Below, in pieces: positions 14,606-22,549 of a stretch of 24,000 nucleotides of DNA (position 1 is its first letter; each line of letters opens with the position of its first letter). This DNA is from Acaryochloris marina S15 (lineage in GTDB: Bacteria; Cyanobacteriota; Cyanobacteriia; Thermosynechococcales; Thermosynechococcaceae): assembly GCF_018336915.1 (NCBI RefSeq), contig NZ_CP064927.1, positions 44,602 to 68,601 of the forward strand. The letters run 5' to 3'. Both the position numbers and the translations under genes were made by a program. The notes under the pieces are model-generated. The model saw only the letters and a list, made by a program, of their open reading frames with translations, was not told where the DNA came from and did not search any database.

Positions 14606-15031
14606 CTATTGAAGATACATTGCTGAGCTATTAAAAGCGTCTTCTGGTGTGCCCTGAAAAGTACCGTTATTGAACACACAAGGCTCATACTTGTTGTTAC
14701 TGTAGGTATAAAATGCCATTGCCCACTTTTCCGCATCGCCACTGTAGCGCAAGCGGCACAGATGGATCGGCACTGTCCTCAAAAACTCAATCCGCTCTTC
14801 CCGCGTGCAGCCATAGAATTCCTCGTTAAAATTCTCCGCTGGTACCTCGGGTTCTAAGTAGGCATCGATATAGCAAAACTTGTCTCGAAAGCGCACGTCA
14901 ATCCGATTGTATTTGCCAGCATAATGCTCTGCCGCATAGGCCAGTATGCGCTGTTTGATCGACTCTTTCAGTCGAGTTGGAATTTTCATGCCGCCTGAAT
15001 GCGGATCGTATACCCAGGATGCCATTGCCAA
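14606..15031 (-). CDS. Conserved hypothetical protein (141 aa)
   Basis: Clean 141-aa ORF with non-repetitive, globular-looking composition (WVYDPHSGGMKIPTRLKESIKQRILAYAAEHYAGKYNRIDVRFRDKFCYIDAY...LCRLRYSGDAEKWAMAFYTYSNNKYEP). I could not name a domain. Confidence 0.55.
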   Translation of the reverse strand: MAMASWVYDPHSGGMKIPTRLKESIKQRILAYAAEHYAGKYNRIDVRFRDKFCYIDAYLEPEVPAENFNEEFYGCTREERIEFLRTVPIHLCRLRYSGDAEKWAMAFYTYSNNKYEPCVFNNGTFQGTPEDAFNSSAMYLQ

Positions 15032-15087
15032 AACGCCTACTCGTCGATATTTAATAAGATTAGGTCATCACGACTTGGATCATAACC

Positions 15088-16272
15088 GGCAACTGATTTC
15101 GGGTTTTAATCCAGTTGATCTGACAAATCGGCTGTTTAACCTAACATGAATAACAAAGAAAGAAGAAACAGGCAATTGCATCACCTCACTTTGAGAATTC
15201 ACCCCATAATTCCGTTTTCTATGCATGAAAAACTGGATCTCAGTTACAGAGACCTCTAGAATTTATAGATTTCATATTGAGCTTACCCTTGGCAAAAATG
15301 CCGAAGATTGATCATCGTGTATGCCAAGCTTTTCAGGGCATAGTGCAACTTACTGATCCACTCGAATCGCAGTAGCAAGCGCTTGAATTTATCCTCCCAG
15401 GCAAAGACTCGCTCAATGGTATTGAATCTTTCTTGGAAGATGGATGAATCGAACAGCCTTTTTGGACCTGGCTTTGGCGTCTTTCTCCCCCGAAGATTTT
15501 CATTGATATTTGGCACCATCCTTCGATTGAAAATGGCCTTGCGATTCTCACGACTATCGTACACGCCATCCAAGCTGACGACAGTCCCAATCAAGTCTAT
15601 ACCTATGGTTCGGGCTGTACTCATTACTTGCGTCAGTGCCGTTTTGAATAGAGGTGACTCGTTCCGGTTACCAGGAGCAGTGATAAAGGGAGAGATCACA
15701 TTGCAATTGCGATCACAAAAGGCAACCACTTTGTCACCCTTCATGTGCTTGTGTCCACTGAATCCCAGATTGTCGCCCCCTTTCTTGGCTGCAGTGGTTG
15801 TCCCATCTCCATGAATAATGCTGGCATCCAACTTTCCTTTTTCATTAAGCATTGAGACTGACGCCTTGAAAATGTCTTCAAAACACCCATGGGTTTCATA
15901 GCGTCGAAAGGCTCGATAAACACTGGAGTGGTTAATTTCCGGTCGCCCATTTTTGTCCTTTTCAATGGGTAGCTCACTCCACTGACATCCCAAGTGCAGC
16001 AACTTCAAAATGTAGTTGAAGATGGCATGCAAAGAGAGCTTTGGTTGAGGTCCCCGAGTGCCGATGTGCAAATGGGGTAAGACAAATGTCTCAAACTGCT
16101 CAAGGGTTAAGAATGTTGGAATCCATTTATAGGGCTTAGTTTGAGGCATCTGCACTCCTAACGAACGGTAAACTAAATGACTGGCGTCATTTTAGTCTGC
16201 AACGATAGAAGGCTATGCAGGGAAGGGTTTTAGGTGATCTGAACCATGGAGTAAAACCCGAAATGAGTTGCC
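15088..16272 (-). mobile_element. IS5-family insertion sequence (~1185 bp) with ~25-bp terminal inverted repeats
   Basis: Left end 15088-15112 is ggcaactgatttcgggttttaatcc. The reverse complement of the right end 16248-16272 is ggcaactcatttcgggttttactcc (23/25 identical), with weaker similarity continuing ~10 bp inward. It encloses the transposase ORF. I found no clean target-site duplication. Confidence 0.85.
15283..16155 (-). CDS. IS5-family DDE transposase
   Basis: 290 aa. The N-terminal part is DUF4096-like (LTLEQFETFVLPHL...PKLSLHAIFNYILKLLHLGCQWSELP...SSVYRAFRRYETHGCFEDIF). DDE-type motifs are IIHGDGTT, VSLDGVYDS and NTIERVFAWEDKFKRLLLRFE. Confidence 0.9.
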   Translation of the reverse strand: MQMPQTKPYKWIPTFLTLEQFETFVLPHLHIGTRGPQPKLSLHAIFNYILKLLHLGCQWSELPIEKDKNGRPEINHSSVYRAFRRYETHGCFEDIFKASVSMLNEKGKLDASIIHGDGTTTAAKKGGDNLGFSGHKHMKGDKVVAFCDRNCNVISPFITAPGNRNESPLFKTALTQVMSTARTIGIDLIGTVVSLDGVYDSRENRKAIFNRRMVPNINENLRGRKTPKPGPKRLFDSSIFQERFNTIERVFAWEDKFKRLLLRFEWISKLHYALKSLAYTMINLRHFCQG

Positions 16273-16373
16273 AAATGCCAAGGAACCAGTGTAATTTTTC
16301 CTAAAAAGAGAGAATAGCACGGTAGAGCTAGACTTGAGTACAGTCATTCTTTTTTCTAAGGAAATTGCGGGAT

Positions 16374-17684
16374 ATGTCACTTAGGAGATTCTCTAAAGGA
16401 ATAGTGGTGTTAGTCGTTCTGACAACGGGGCTATGCAACTCAGTGGGGAGAAAGGATGCAGTTGTGCTGGCAAGTCCAGCTAGTGAGGATTCTACACATC
16501 TAGCACAATCAGAGCAGCCCCAAGTGGATGGAGGCTATGCAGAAGCCCTGCGTCAAATTCGAGTGGCGAAAGAGACACAAGCAACTGAACTAGATTTGGC
16601 GTTCCTATCACTGACTCAACTGCCACCAGAAATCGGACAGCTTACCAATCTGCAATGGCTATCCCTCTCGAGCAACCAACTGACCCAACTGCCACCAGAA
16701 ATCGGACAGCTTACCAAGCTGCAATGGCTAACCTTCTCGGGTAACCAACTGACCCAACTGCCACCAGAAATCGGACAGCTTACCAAGCTGCAATGGCTAT
16801 CCCTCTCGAGCAACCAACTGACCCAACTGCCACCAGAAATCGGACAGCTTACCAAGCTGCAATGGCTAGGACTTTGGAAAAATAAACTGACCCAACTGCC
16901 ACCAGAAATCGGACAGCTTGCCAATCTGCAATGGCTAGGACTCTGGAAAAATAAACTGACCCAACTGCCACCAGAAGTCATACAGCTTACCAATCTGCAA
17001 TGGCTAGGACTCTCGGAAAATAAACTGACCCAACTGCCACCAGAAATCGTAAAGCTTGCCAATCTGCAAAGGCTAGAACTCTCGGAAAATAAATTGACCC
17101 AACTGCCACCAGAAATCGTAAAGCTTGCCAATCTGCAATGGCTAGGACTCTCGGAAAATAAACTGACCCAACTGCCACCAGAAATCGGACAGCTTACCAA
17201 TCTGAAAGAGCTATACCTCGAGAAAAATAAACTGACCCAACTACCACCAGAAGTCGTACAGCTTACCAATCTGCAAACGCTATCCCTCTCGAGCAACCAA
17301 CTGACCCAACTGCCACCAGAAATCGTAAAGCTTACCAATCTGCAAACGCTATTCCTCTCGTACAACCAACTGACCCAACTACCACCAGAAATCGGACAGC
17401 TTACCAATCTGCAATGGCTATCCCTCCAGTTCAATCAACTGACCCAACTGCCACCAGAAATCGTAAAGCTTACCAATCTGCTATCGCTAGAACTCTCGGG
17501 CAACAAACTGACCCAACTGCCACTAGAAATCGTAAAGCTTACCAATCTGCAAACGCTATTCCTCTCGAAAAATAAACTGAGTAGCCTGCCAATAGAGATA
17601 GAAAAGCTGCGTCGATCAACAAAGATAATTGTGGAGGGCAACCCATTACCCCCTGACGTTCTTGAACAATATAAACCGCGTTGA
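16374..17684 (+). CDS. Secreted leucine-rich-repeat (LRR) protein, 15 x 23-residue repeats
   Basis: N-terminal hydrophobic signal-like segment GIVVLVVLTTGLC. A cap AEALRQIRVAKETQATELDLAFLSLTQLPPEIGQL follows, then repeats LTQLPPEIGQLTNLQWLSLSSNQ. ATG 16374 (AAGGA ~12 nt upstream) is preferred over the track's TTG 16365. Confidence 0.9.
   Translation: MSLRRFSKGIVVLVVLTTGLCNSVGRKDAVVLASPASEDSTHLAQSEQPQVDGGYAEALRQIRVAKETQATELDLAFLSLTQLPPEIGQLTNLQWLSLSSNQLTQLPPEIGQLTKLQWLTFSGNQLTQLPPEIGQLTKLQWLSLSSNQLTQLPPEIGQLTKLQWLGLWKNKLTQLPPEIGQLANLQWLGLWKNKLTQLPPEVIQLTNLQWLGLSENKLTQLPPEIVKLANLQRLELSENKLTQLPPEIVKLANLQWLGLSENKLTQLPPEIGQLTNLKELYLEKNKLTQLPPEVVQLTNLQTLSLSSNQLTQLPPEIVKLTNLQTLFLSYNQLTQLPPEIGQLTNLQWLSLQFNQLTQLPPEIVKLTNLLSLELSGNKLTQLPLEIVKLTNLQTLFLSKNKLSSLPIEIEKLRRSTKIIVEGNPLPPDVLEQYKPR
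16611..17645 (+). repeat. Tandem 69-bp coding repeat array (14 near-identical units plus 1 degenerate unit)
   Basis: The unit ctgacccaactgccaccagaaatcggacagcttaccaatctgcaatggctatccctctcgagcaaccaa recurs head-to-tail with a 69-bp period from 16611. Unit 15 (17577-17645) is degenerate. Variation clusters at a few codons (IGQ/IVK/VVQ; WLSLSSNQ/WLGLWKNK/WLGLSENK). Confidence 0.95.
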
Positions 17685-18041
17685 TTTTTGTTTAGGGAAC
17701 TGCTTTTTAAGAAATTACCTTGGTCTATAGCTCGAATGCTAGATTGAGCAAATCGGAGAATAGAAAGTATCAAAGGTTTAGAGTTTTTCTGTTGTAAACC
17801 TATCCAAGAAAAGATTTCAAGCTTTTTAGACTGTATTTTTATTGCGAAGTTATTACGCGAACGACAAGTCTTATATTCACAAACCCTATAATGACTACCT
17901 AGTAAGGGTTTAGGTGCTATGATCAGTTTTTGCGCGAATCGTTGTCATACCCCACTTTCTTTCGTCCAGGGAAGATCGGAGTGATCCAGTGATGCTGTGG
18001 AATTTTAGAAGAAAATAGTTATTGATTAACTCCAAATAACA

Positions 18042-18258
18042 GTTAGTGTCCCTATTTATTCGCCACGGCTTTTGAGTCGATCATGCTTGGCATGATCCCT
18101 GCGTGAGACGAGAAAGAATATTACTAAACAGCTCTCCTCATTTGGGAAAGCATCACTTTTATCAGCCATATTTCTGAAGTTCTGGAATAGCAGTTCGAGT
18201 GCATTAAAGGTACGAATCAGCGAATAGATGGATTCATCAAAATCATAGAAGCTCAATC
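18042..18258 (-). pseudogene. Truncated IS256-family element: terminal inverted repeat plus the last ~66 codons of a transposase
   Basis: 18042-18064 gttagtgtccctatttattcgcc matches the IRs of the full copy at 19213-20587. The 66-aa ORF 18056-18256 (FYDFDESIYSLIRTFNALELLFQNFRNMADKSDAFPNEESCLVIFFLVSRRDHAKHDR) aligns with the C-terminus of the 437-aa transposase. DNA identity is ~80% by hand alignment, and similarity stops abruptly near 18258. Confidence 0.85.
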
Positions 18259-18355
18259 CTTGAACCAGTAACGATTTTATTCATAGCAGCAATAACAATC
18301 AAATTAGCTAGATGAGAAACATGCATACTGTAATCGTGCTAACGCGAAAAGTAAT

Positions 18356-19186
18356 ATGGGGCCTGTTGAAAAAGCACTCTGGTTTATTGAAAGCCACTTC
18401 AATAAAAAACTAACATTATCGGCTATTGCAAACGCAAGTGATGTCTCTCGCTATCACTTGACACGAGTGTTTGGTATCGCAACGGGATATTCCGTAATGC
18501 GGTATGTCCGTAGTCGACGTTTGACTGAAGCCGCCCGTGCGCTCGCTGTTGGTGCTCCTGATATTCTTGCTGTAGCACTCGATGCGGGCTACAGCTCTCA
18601 TGAAGCTTTTACGCGGGCCTTCTGTGCTCAATTCGGTATCATGCCCAAGCAAGTTCGCGCAAAGCGTCATCTCGACTCAATTCAGATGGTGGAGCCTATT
18701 GTAATGAATGAAAATCTGATTGTTAAGCTCGAATCCCCGTACATTACATATGCTGATACTTTCCTCATCGCTGGACTAAGGGATCGTTATACATTTGAAA
18801 CTAATCACGGCATTCCTCTGCTGTGGCAATGCTTTGGACCCTATATAGGACATATCCCAGGGCAGGTTGGAACAGTGACCTATGGAGTATGTTGCAATAG
18901 TGATGGTGCAGGAAACTTTGACTATATTGCCAGTGTAGAAGTTTCCTACTTAGCAGACCTTCCTGATGACTTCAACTACGTACAAATTCCTGCACACAAA
19001 TACGCTGTGTTTTCTCACCGAAATCATATTTCTACCATTCGTAATACTGTTTATACCATTTGGAATCAATGGTTACCCCAATCAATATACAATCCATCCG
19101 AAGCACCGGAGTTCGAGCGCTATGATGAGCGTTTCGATCCTCAACTAGGAACAGGTGTGGTAGAGATTTGGGTACCCATAAATTAA
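18356..19186 (+). CDS. AraC-family transcriptional regulator with C-terminal GyrI-like effector-binding domain
   Basis: AraC HTH region: LTLSAIANASDVSRYHLTRVFGIATGYSVMRYVRSRRLTEAARAL...ILAVALDAGYSSHEAFTRAFCAQFGIMPKQVR. GyrI-like pattern in the C-terminal half: YGVCCN...FDYIASVEV...VQIPAHKYAVFSH...IWNQWLPQS...PEFERYDERFDP..GTGVVEIWVPI. Confidence 0.85.
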   Translation: MGPVEKALWFIESHFNKKLTLSAIANASDVSRYHLTRVFGIATGYSVMRYVRSRRLTEAARALAVGAPDILAVALDAGYSSHEAFTRAFCAQFGIMPKQVRAKRHLDSIQMVEPIVMNENLIVKLESPYITYADTFLIAGLRDRYTFETNHGIPLLWQCFGPYIGHIPGQVGTVTYGVCCNSDGAGNFDYIASVEVSYLADLPDDFNYVQIPAHKYAVFSHRNHISTIRNTVYTIWNQWLPQSIYNPSEAPEFERYDERFDPQLGTGVVEIWVPIN

Positions 19187-19212
19187 ATCTAAATGGGTTC
19201 TCCAGGAATTAG

Positions 19213-20587
19213 GTTAGTGTCCTGATTTATTCACGATGCTTTTTGAAGCGATCATGCTTGGCATGATCCCTACGAGAGACGAGGAAGAAAATCGCTAAAC
19301 AGCTCTCCTCATTGGGGAAAGCACCAATTTCATCAGCTTTGGTTCGGAATTCCCGGAACAGCCTTTCTAGGGCATTGGAAGTACGAATCAGCGAATGAAG
19401 GGATTCATCAAAATCATAGAAACTCAAGGTCAGGGCAAAATCTTTGATAAAGGTTCTGACCGCATCGGGTTCAAGGTCTGTCCATTTCTGTGCAAACACG
19501 AGCAACATCACAATCGCTTCTTCCCAGTCTGGCGCTTTATAGATAGCATAGGCATCGTGTTTAATTTGTGAATATCGCAGCTTCTTGGCTTCAGAGTGGG
19601 ACAGTTCTTGTCCTTGAGCATCCAGGTGTGGCAATTGCTCATATCCCAAATGCCGGAGCATCGCTCGAACCTTATGAGTAATGCATCGCTGATGTTGTGC
19701 GAGGGGAAACAGAGCACGAATCACCTTAGGCAACCCAGTCGTGCCATCACTGACAATCAATTTCACCGAATAGGGTTGCAATCCCCGTTGCCACAGATGC
19801 GCAAAGAACAGTAACCAAGCTGCCTCCGATTCTTGCGTCGCCATTTCATAATGAAGCACCGTTTGGGTGCCATCGGGCCACACTGCCATAGCGACTAGAA
19901 TGACTCGGTCTTCCGCATGACGTAGTTTCCGGATATGCCCAGCTTGGTCTTCCCAAAAGTCTTCTGAGGAACACTGAACACTAGCCCAAACACCATCGAC
20001 AATCAGAATAGGAGGGGTTTCCTCAAGACGAGTCTGACGGCTTTGAAACATTTGCTTCTGAGCTTTTAGCGTAATTCGGTTAATGGCATTAACGGATAAG
20101 ACTGCTCCTAGAATCTCATAGAGAGCTTCTTGCAGATCCCGAAGCGATAACCCCATAACGTACAAGCCGAGGCAAAAATCGAGGAGACTACCGAGAGCTC
20201 GTTGGTAACGTTCTAAAATCTGCCACTCTCGGTCTGCATTCCCTTTCCGTAGCTTAGGGACAGACAGCTGAGCAATACGGCCGTATTGAGTATCGAGGAC
20301 CCGTTGATAGTAGCCTGAACGTCGAGGTCGATCCCCTTGAACCTCTGATAGATAAGCTTGAACTTCTTCGTCTAGTGCTGACTCTACTGCGTTCTGGGTG
20401 ACTCGGTTTGCTTCAAGGCGAAGGGTTGCTTCTAGGGCTTTGTTAATAGAGGCATAGGAACTTTGAGACTGAATACGGATAATCCGCTGCTCGCGTTGGG
20501 CAATGTTCATCAAGGAATGCTCTGAATTATCTATTACCAAAGCATTTCAGCTATCTCAGCTCATGGCGAATAAATCGGGACACTAAC
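19213..20587 (-). mobile_element. IS256-family insertion sequence (~1375 bp), apparently intact
   Basis: The 19213-19235 end is gttagtgtcctgatttattcacg. The reverse complement of the 20565-20587 end is gttagtgtcccgatttattcgcc (about 20/23 identical). It encloses a full-length mutator-type transposase. The immediate flanks (ggaattag / aaataaca) are not a duplication. Confidence 0.9.
19227..20540 (-). CDS. IS256-family (Mutator-type) transposase
   Basis: 437 aa, with characteristic segments: LSVPKLRKGN, ILIVDGVWASV, LIVSDGTTGLPKVIRALFPLAQHQRCITHKVRAMLRHL and the C-terminal NALERLFREFRTKADEIGAFPNEESCLAIFF. The start is TTG 20540 or ATG 20510. Confidence 0.9.
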   Translation of the reverse strand: MVIDNSEHSLMNIAQREQRIIRIQSQSSYASINKALEATLRLEANRVTQNAVESALDEEVQAYLSEVQGDRPRRSGYYQRVLDTQYGRIAQLSVPKLRKGNADREWQILERYQRALGSLLDFCLGLYVMGLSLRDLQEALYEILGAVLSVNAINRITLKAQKQMFQSRQTRLEETPPILIVDGVWASVQCSSEDFWEDQAGHIRKLRHAEDRVILVAMAVWPDGTQTVLHYEMATQESEAAWLLFFAHLWQRGLQPYSVKLIVSDGTTGLPKVIRALFPLAQHQRCITHKVRAMLRHLGYEQLPHLDAQGQELSHSEAKKLRYSQIKHDAYAIYKAPDWEEAIVMLLVFAQKWTDLEPDAVRTFIKDFALTLSFYDFDESLHSLIRTSNALERLFREFRTKADEIGAFPNEESCLAIFFLVSRRDHAKHDRFKKHRE

Positions 20588-20697
20588 AAATAACAAGTAT
20601 TGCGATCAGGTACTCCATACCAGTATGAGAAAAAAATATCCTGGGAGTCGGACCAAATCTTGGTAGTCTCCCGGTCCACACTTATCTTGATCTATTG

Positions 20698-21054
20698 ATG
20701 TCTCAAACTTTCTCAGCTAATCGACGCAGATTTTTAGTCTTGTTGAAATATACGGGATTAGGAACTCTAGGTTCAGTGATCGCTCACTCTCTTCATTCTT
20801 GTGAAGATATAACTACCCGTCCTTTACCCACATTTTTCCCAGAGTTATTGCCGACTAATGAAATTTTCACGGTTGATGCAAAGGGTAGAATTATCCATCG
20901 GCGTTCACTCCCCCAACTGCAGATTCTCAAAGAAGACCTTGGCAGCAACATAACATTAGAGATGGTGTCCATTCCTGGAGGAACTTTTACTATGGGGTCT
21001 CCTTCACATGAGCTAAAAAGATGGGATATTGAAGGCCCCCAACACGAAGTCACT
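20698..21054 (+). pseudogene. 5' part (120 codons) of a Tat-signal formylglycine-generating-enzyme (FGE-sulfatase/SUMF1) family gene, interrupted by an IS
   Basis: Twin-arginine leader SANRRRFLVLLKYTGLGTLGSVIAHS. The FGE domain starts LEMVSIPGGTFTMGSPSHE...GPQHEVT. The reading frame then runs into IS sequence at 21055, which gives the junk tail GRKQRIGDAWLKEK... Confidence 0.85.
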
Positions 21055-22540
21055 GGGCGTAAGCAAAGGATCGGGGATGCATGGCTCAAAGAAAAACGGG
21101 TCAAGGACAATAGATCCTGTACCCGAACCAAAAAACTATCATGACCCTACCATCGCAATTGCTAACCGTGCTAGCCCATGACGAATTTCTAGAACAAACT
21201 GAAGCACTCAAAGTATCAACCAGCCTGAGTCAGATGGTTTATATCGTTCTGCAAATGGGCTTGTTTCTAGCTCGCTGTCTTCTGGAGGATGAACTCTCAA
21301 GGCGCGCGAAAGCAGTATTTGTATGGCCTGTATGTACTACCTGCGGAACCCGCTTACATTCGAAGGGATGGGAATCTCGTCAGATGCAGACACTGGTAGG
21401 CACTATCTCTTGAAAGCGACGGGTGGGCCGTTGTCCCAAAGGATGTCCAGGCAGTCTGTTGACTCCCCTGGATCAAGCCATTGGGATTGCCCCCTATCAG
21501 CACAGCAGCGAAGAACTGGTGCGTCTGGGCTGCTTGTTGAGTCTGTTCATGCCCTATGAACTGGCCAGTTGGATGCTGGGTCAGTGGAGTGGTCTATCCG
21601 TGAGTCCATCCAGTTTGTGGAACTGGGTGCAATCCGTGGGTAACAAAGCTCAGCAGGAATTAGAAGCTCAACTCAACGCTCAATCATCAGGGACTCAGGC
21701 CCCTTGTGAAGCGATTTCAGAGATGTTATCTGCTCTACCTTTGGCCATTGCCGCCGATGGTGTGATGGTCCCCTTTCGCCCCACCCCGAACTCACCCAAG
21801 GGAAAAATCCAGTGGCGAGAAGTCAAAGTCGCCATCTTAGCTCGCCTGGGAACACGGGTTACCCGAGCTAAAAAGGAGGTCCCCCAATTACTGCGTCGAA
21901 GACTGGTGGCAGTATTGGGCGATATCGACCAGTTCATCCCTTTACTTCAACTCGAAGCTCACAAACAAGACTTTGAATCTGCTCCAAAAGTCATCTGGCT
22001 CAGTGATGGGGGACGAGGCTTCTGGCGAGTCTATCGCACCTTGTTCTCTCATTGTGCTGTGGCAGTCCTCGACTTTTTTCATTCAGCAGGCCATCTGGCA
22101 CGAGCAACTAAAGCGATGTTTGGAGATGCCCGCTCTGCTCAAGCCCAAGCCTGGTTCCGGCACTGGCGACACCAATTGCGACACGGGCAACACCTACTTG
22201 TATTACGGTCCTTGACGATATTGATTCACTCACAACTGTTAACGGGAAAGTCTTTTTCAACGTTGCTCCAGGTGCAGGCTTATTTCCAACGCCATCATAA
22301 CCACATCCGTTATCGGCACTTTGAACAGCAACAGATTCCTCTCGGGTCAGGAATGGTTGAAAGTGCATGCAAGTGGTTGATTCAGCAGCGCTTTAAGGGA
22401 GTTGGCATGCGCTGGAGTGAGGATGGTTTCAACCATTTACTGATCTTGAGAATTGCCTGGGTCAATGAACGGTTTGACTCCTTATTCCCAGAGGTGACCA
22501 TTCCGAAAACTAAGGCATCCCCGATCCGCTAAATACGCCC
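21055..22540 (+). mobile_element. ISKra4-like insertion sequence (1486 bp) with imperfect ~26-bp IRs and a 9-bp target-site duplication
   Basis: Left end is gggcgtaagcaaaggatcggggatgc. The reverse complement of the right end is gggcgtatttagcggatcggggatgc. The direct repeat gaagtcact flanks it at 21046-21054 and 22541-22549. The family name comes from memory of the transposase layout (moderate confidence); the element boundaries are seen directly. Confidence 0.85.
21141..22532 (+). pseudogene. ISKra4-like transposase, one reading frame interrupted by a single in-frame TGA (21411-21413)
   Basis: ORFs 21141-21413 and 21423-22532 are in the same frame (offset 282 nt). The reading is ...CTTCGTRLHSKGWESRQMQTLVGTIS*KRRVGRCPKGCPGSLLTPLDQAIG... 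The CxxC and CxxxC pairs on either side of the stop look like one zinc ribbon. The total would be 463 codons. Confidence 0.75.
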
Positions 22541-22549
22541 GAAGTCACT

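Noticed and set aside
15333-15977. Nested ORFs (85, 143, 78 aa) inside or antisense to the IS5 transposase gene
   Set aside because: They are fully contained within a well-supported 290-aa transposase ORF and have no independent motif support.
16611-17645. Regular 69-bp repeat array that at first glance could be a CRISPR-like array
   Set aside because: The units are contiguous with no unique spacers. They are in frame and encode a canonical 23-residue LRR consensus (LTQLPPEIGQLTNLQWLSLSSNQ), and no cas genes are nearby.
16616-17773. Long reverse-strand ORFs (272 aa, 63 aa, 112 aa) antisense to the LRR gene
   Set aside because: Their translations are the periodic mirror of the 69-bp repeat (…SGGSWVSW…). 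The open frames are a by-product of the tandem repeat lacking stop codons on the opposite strand. The + strand LRR reading has a signal peptide and a known fold consensus.
18056-18256. 66-aa ORF as an independent small gene
   Set aside because: It is simply the C-terminal end of an IS256-type transposase, collinear with residues ~372-437 of the full copy. It is preceded by the IS terminal repeat and lacks the rest of the gene, so it is a truncated remnant.
21055-21144. C-terminal 30 residues of ORF 20695-21144 (GRKQRIGDAWLKEKRVKDNRSCTRTKKLS)
   Set aside because: This is read-through into the left end of the inserted IS and not part of the native FGE protein, whose sequence resumes at 22550.
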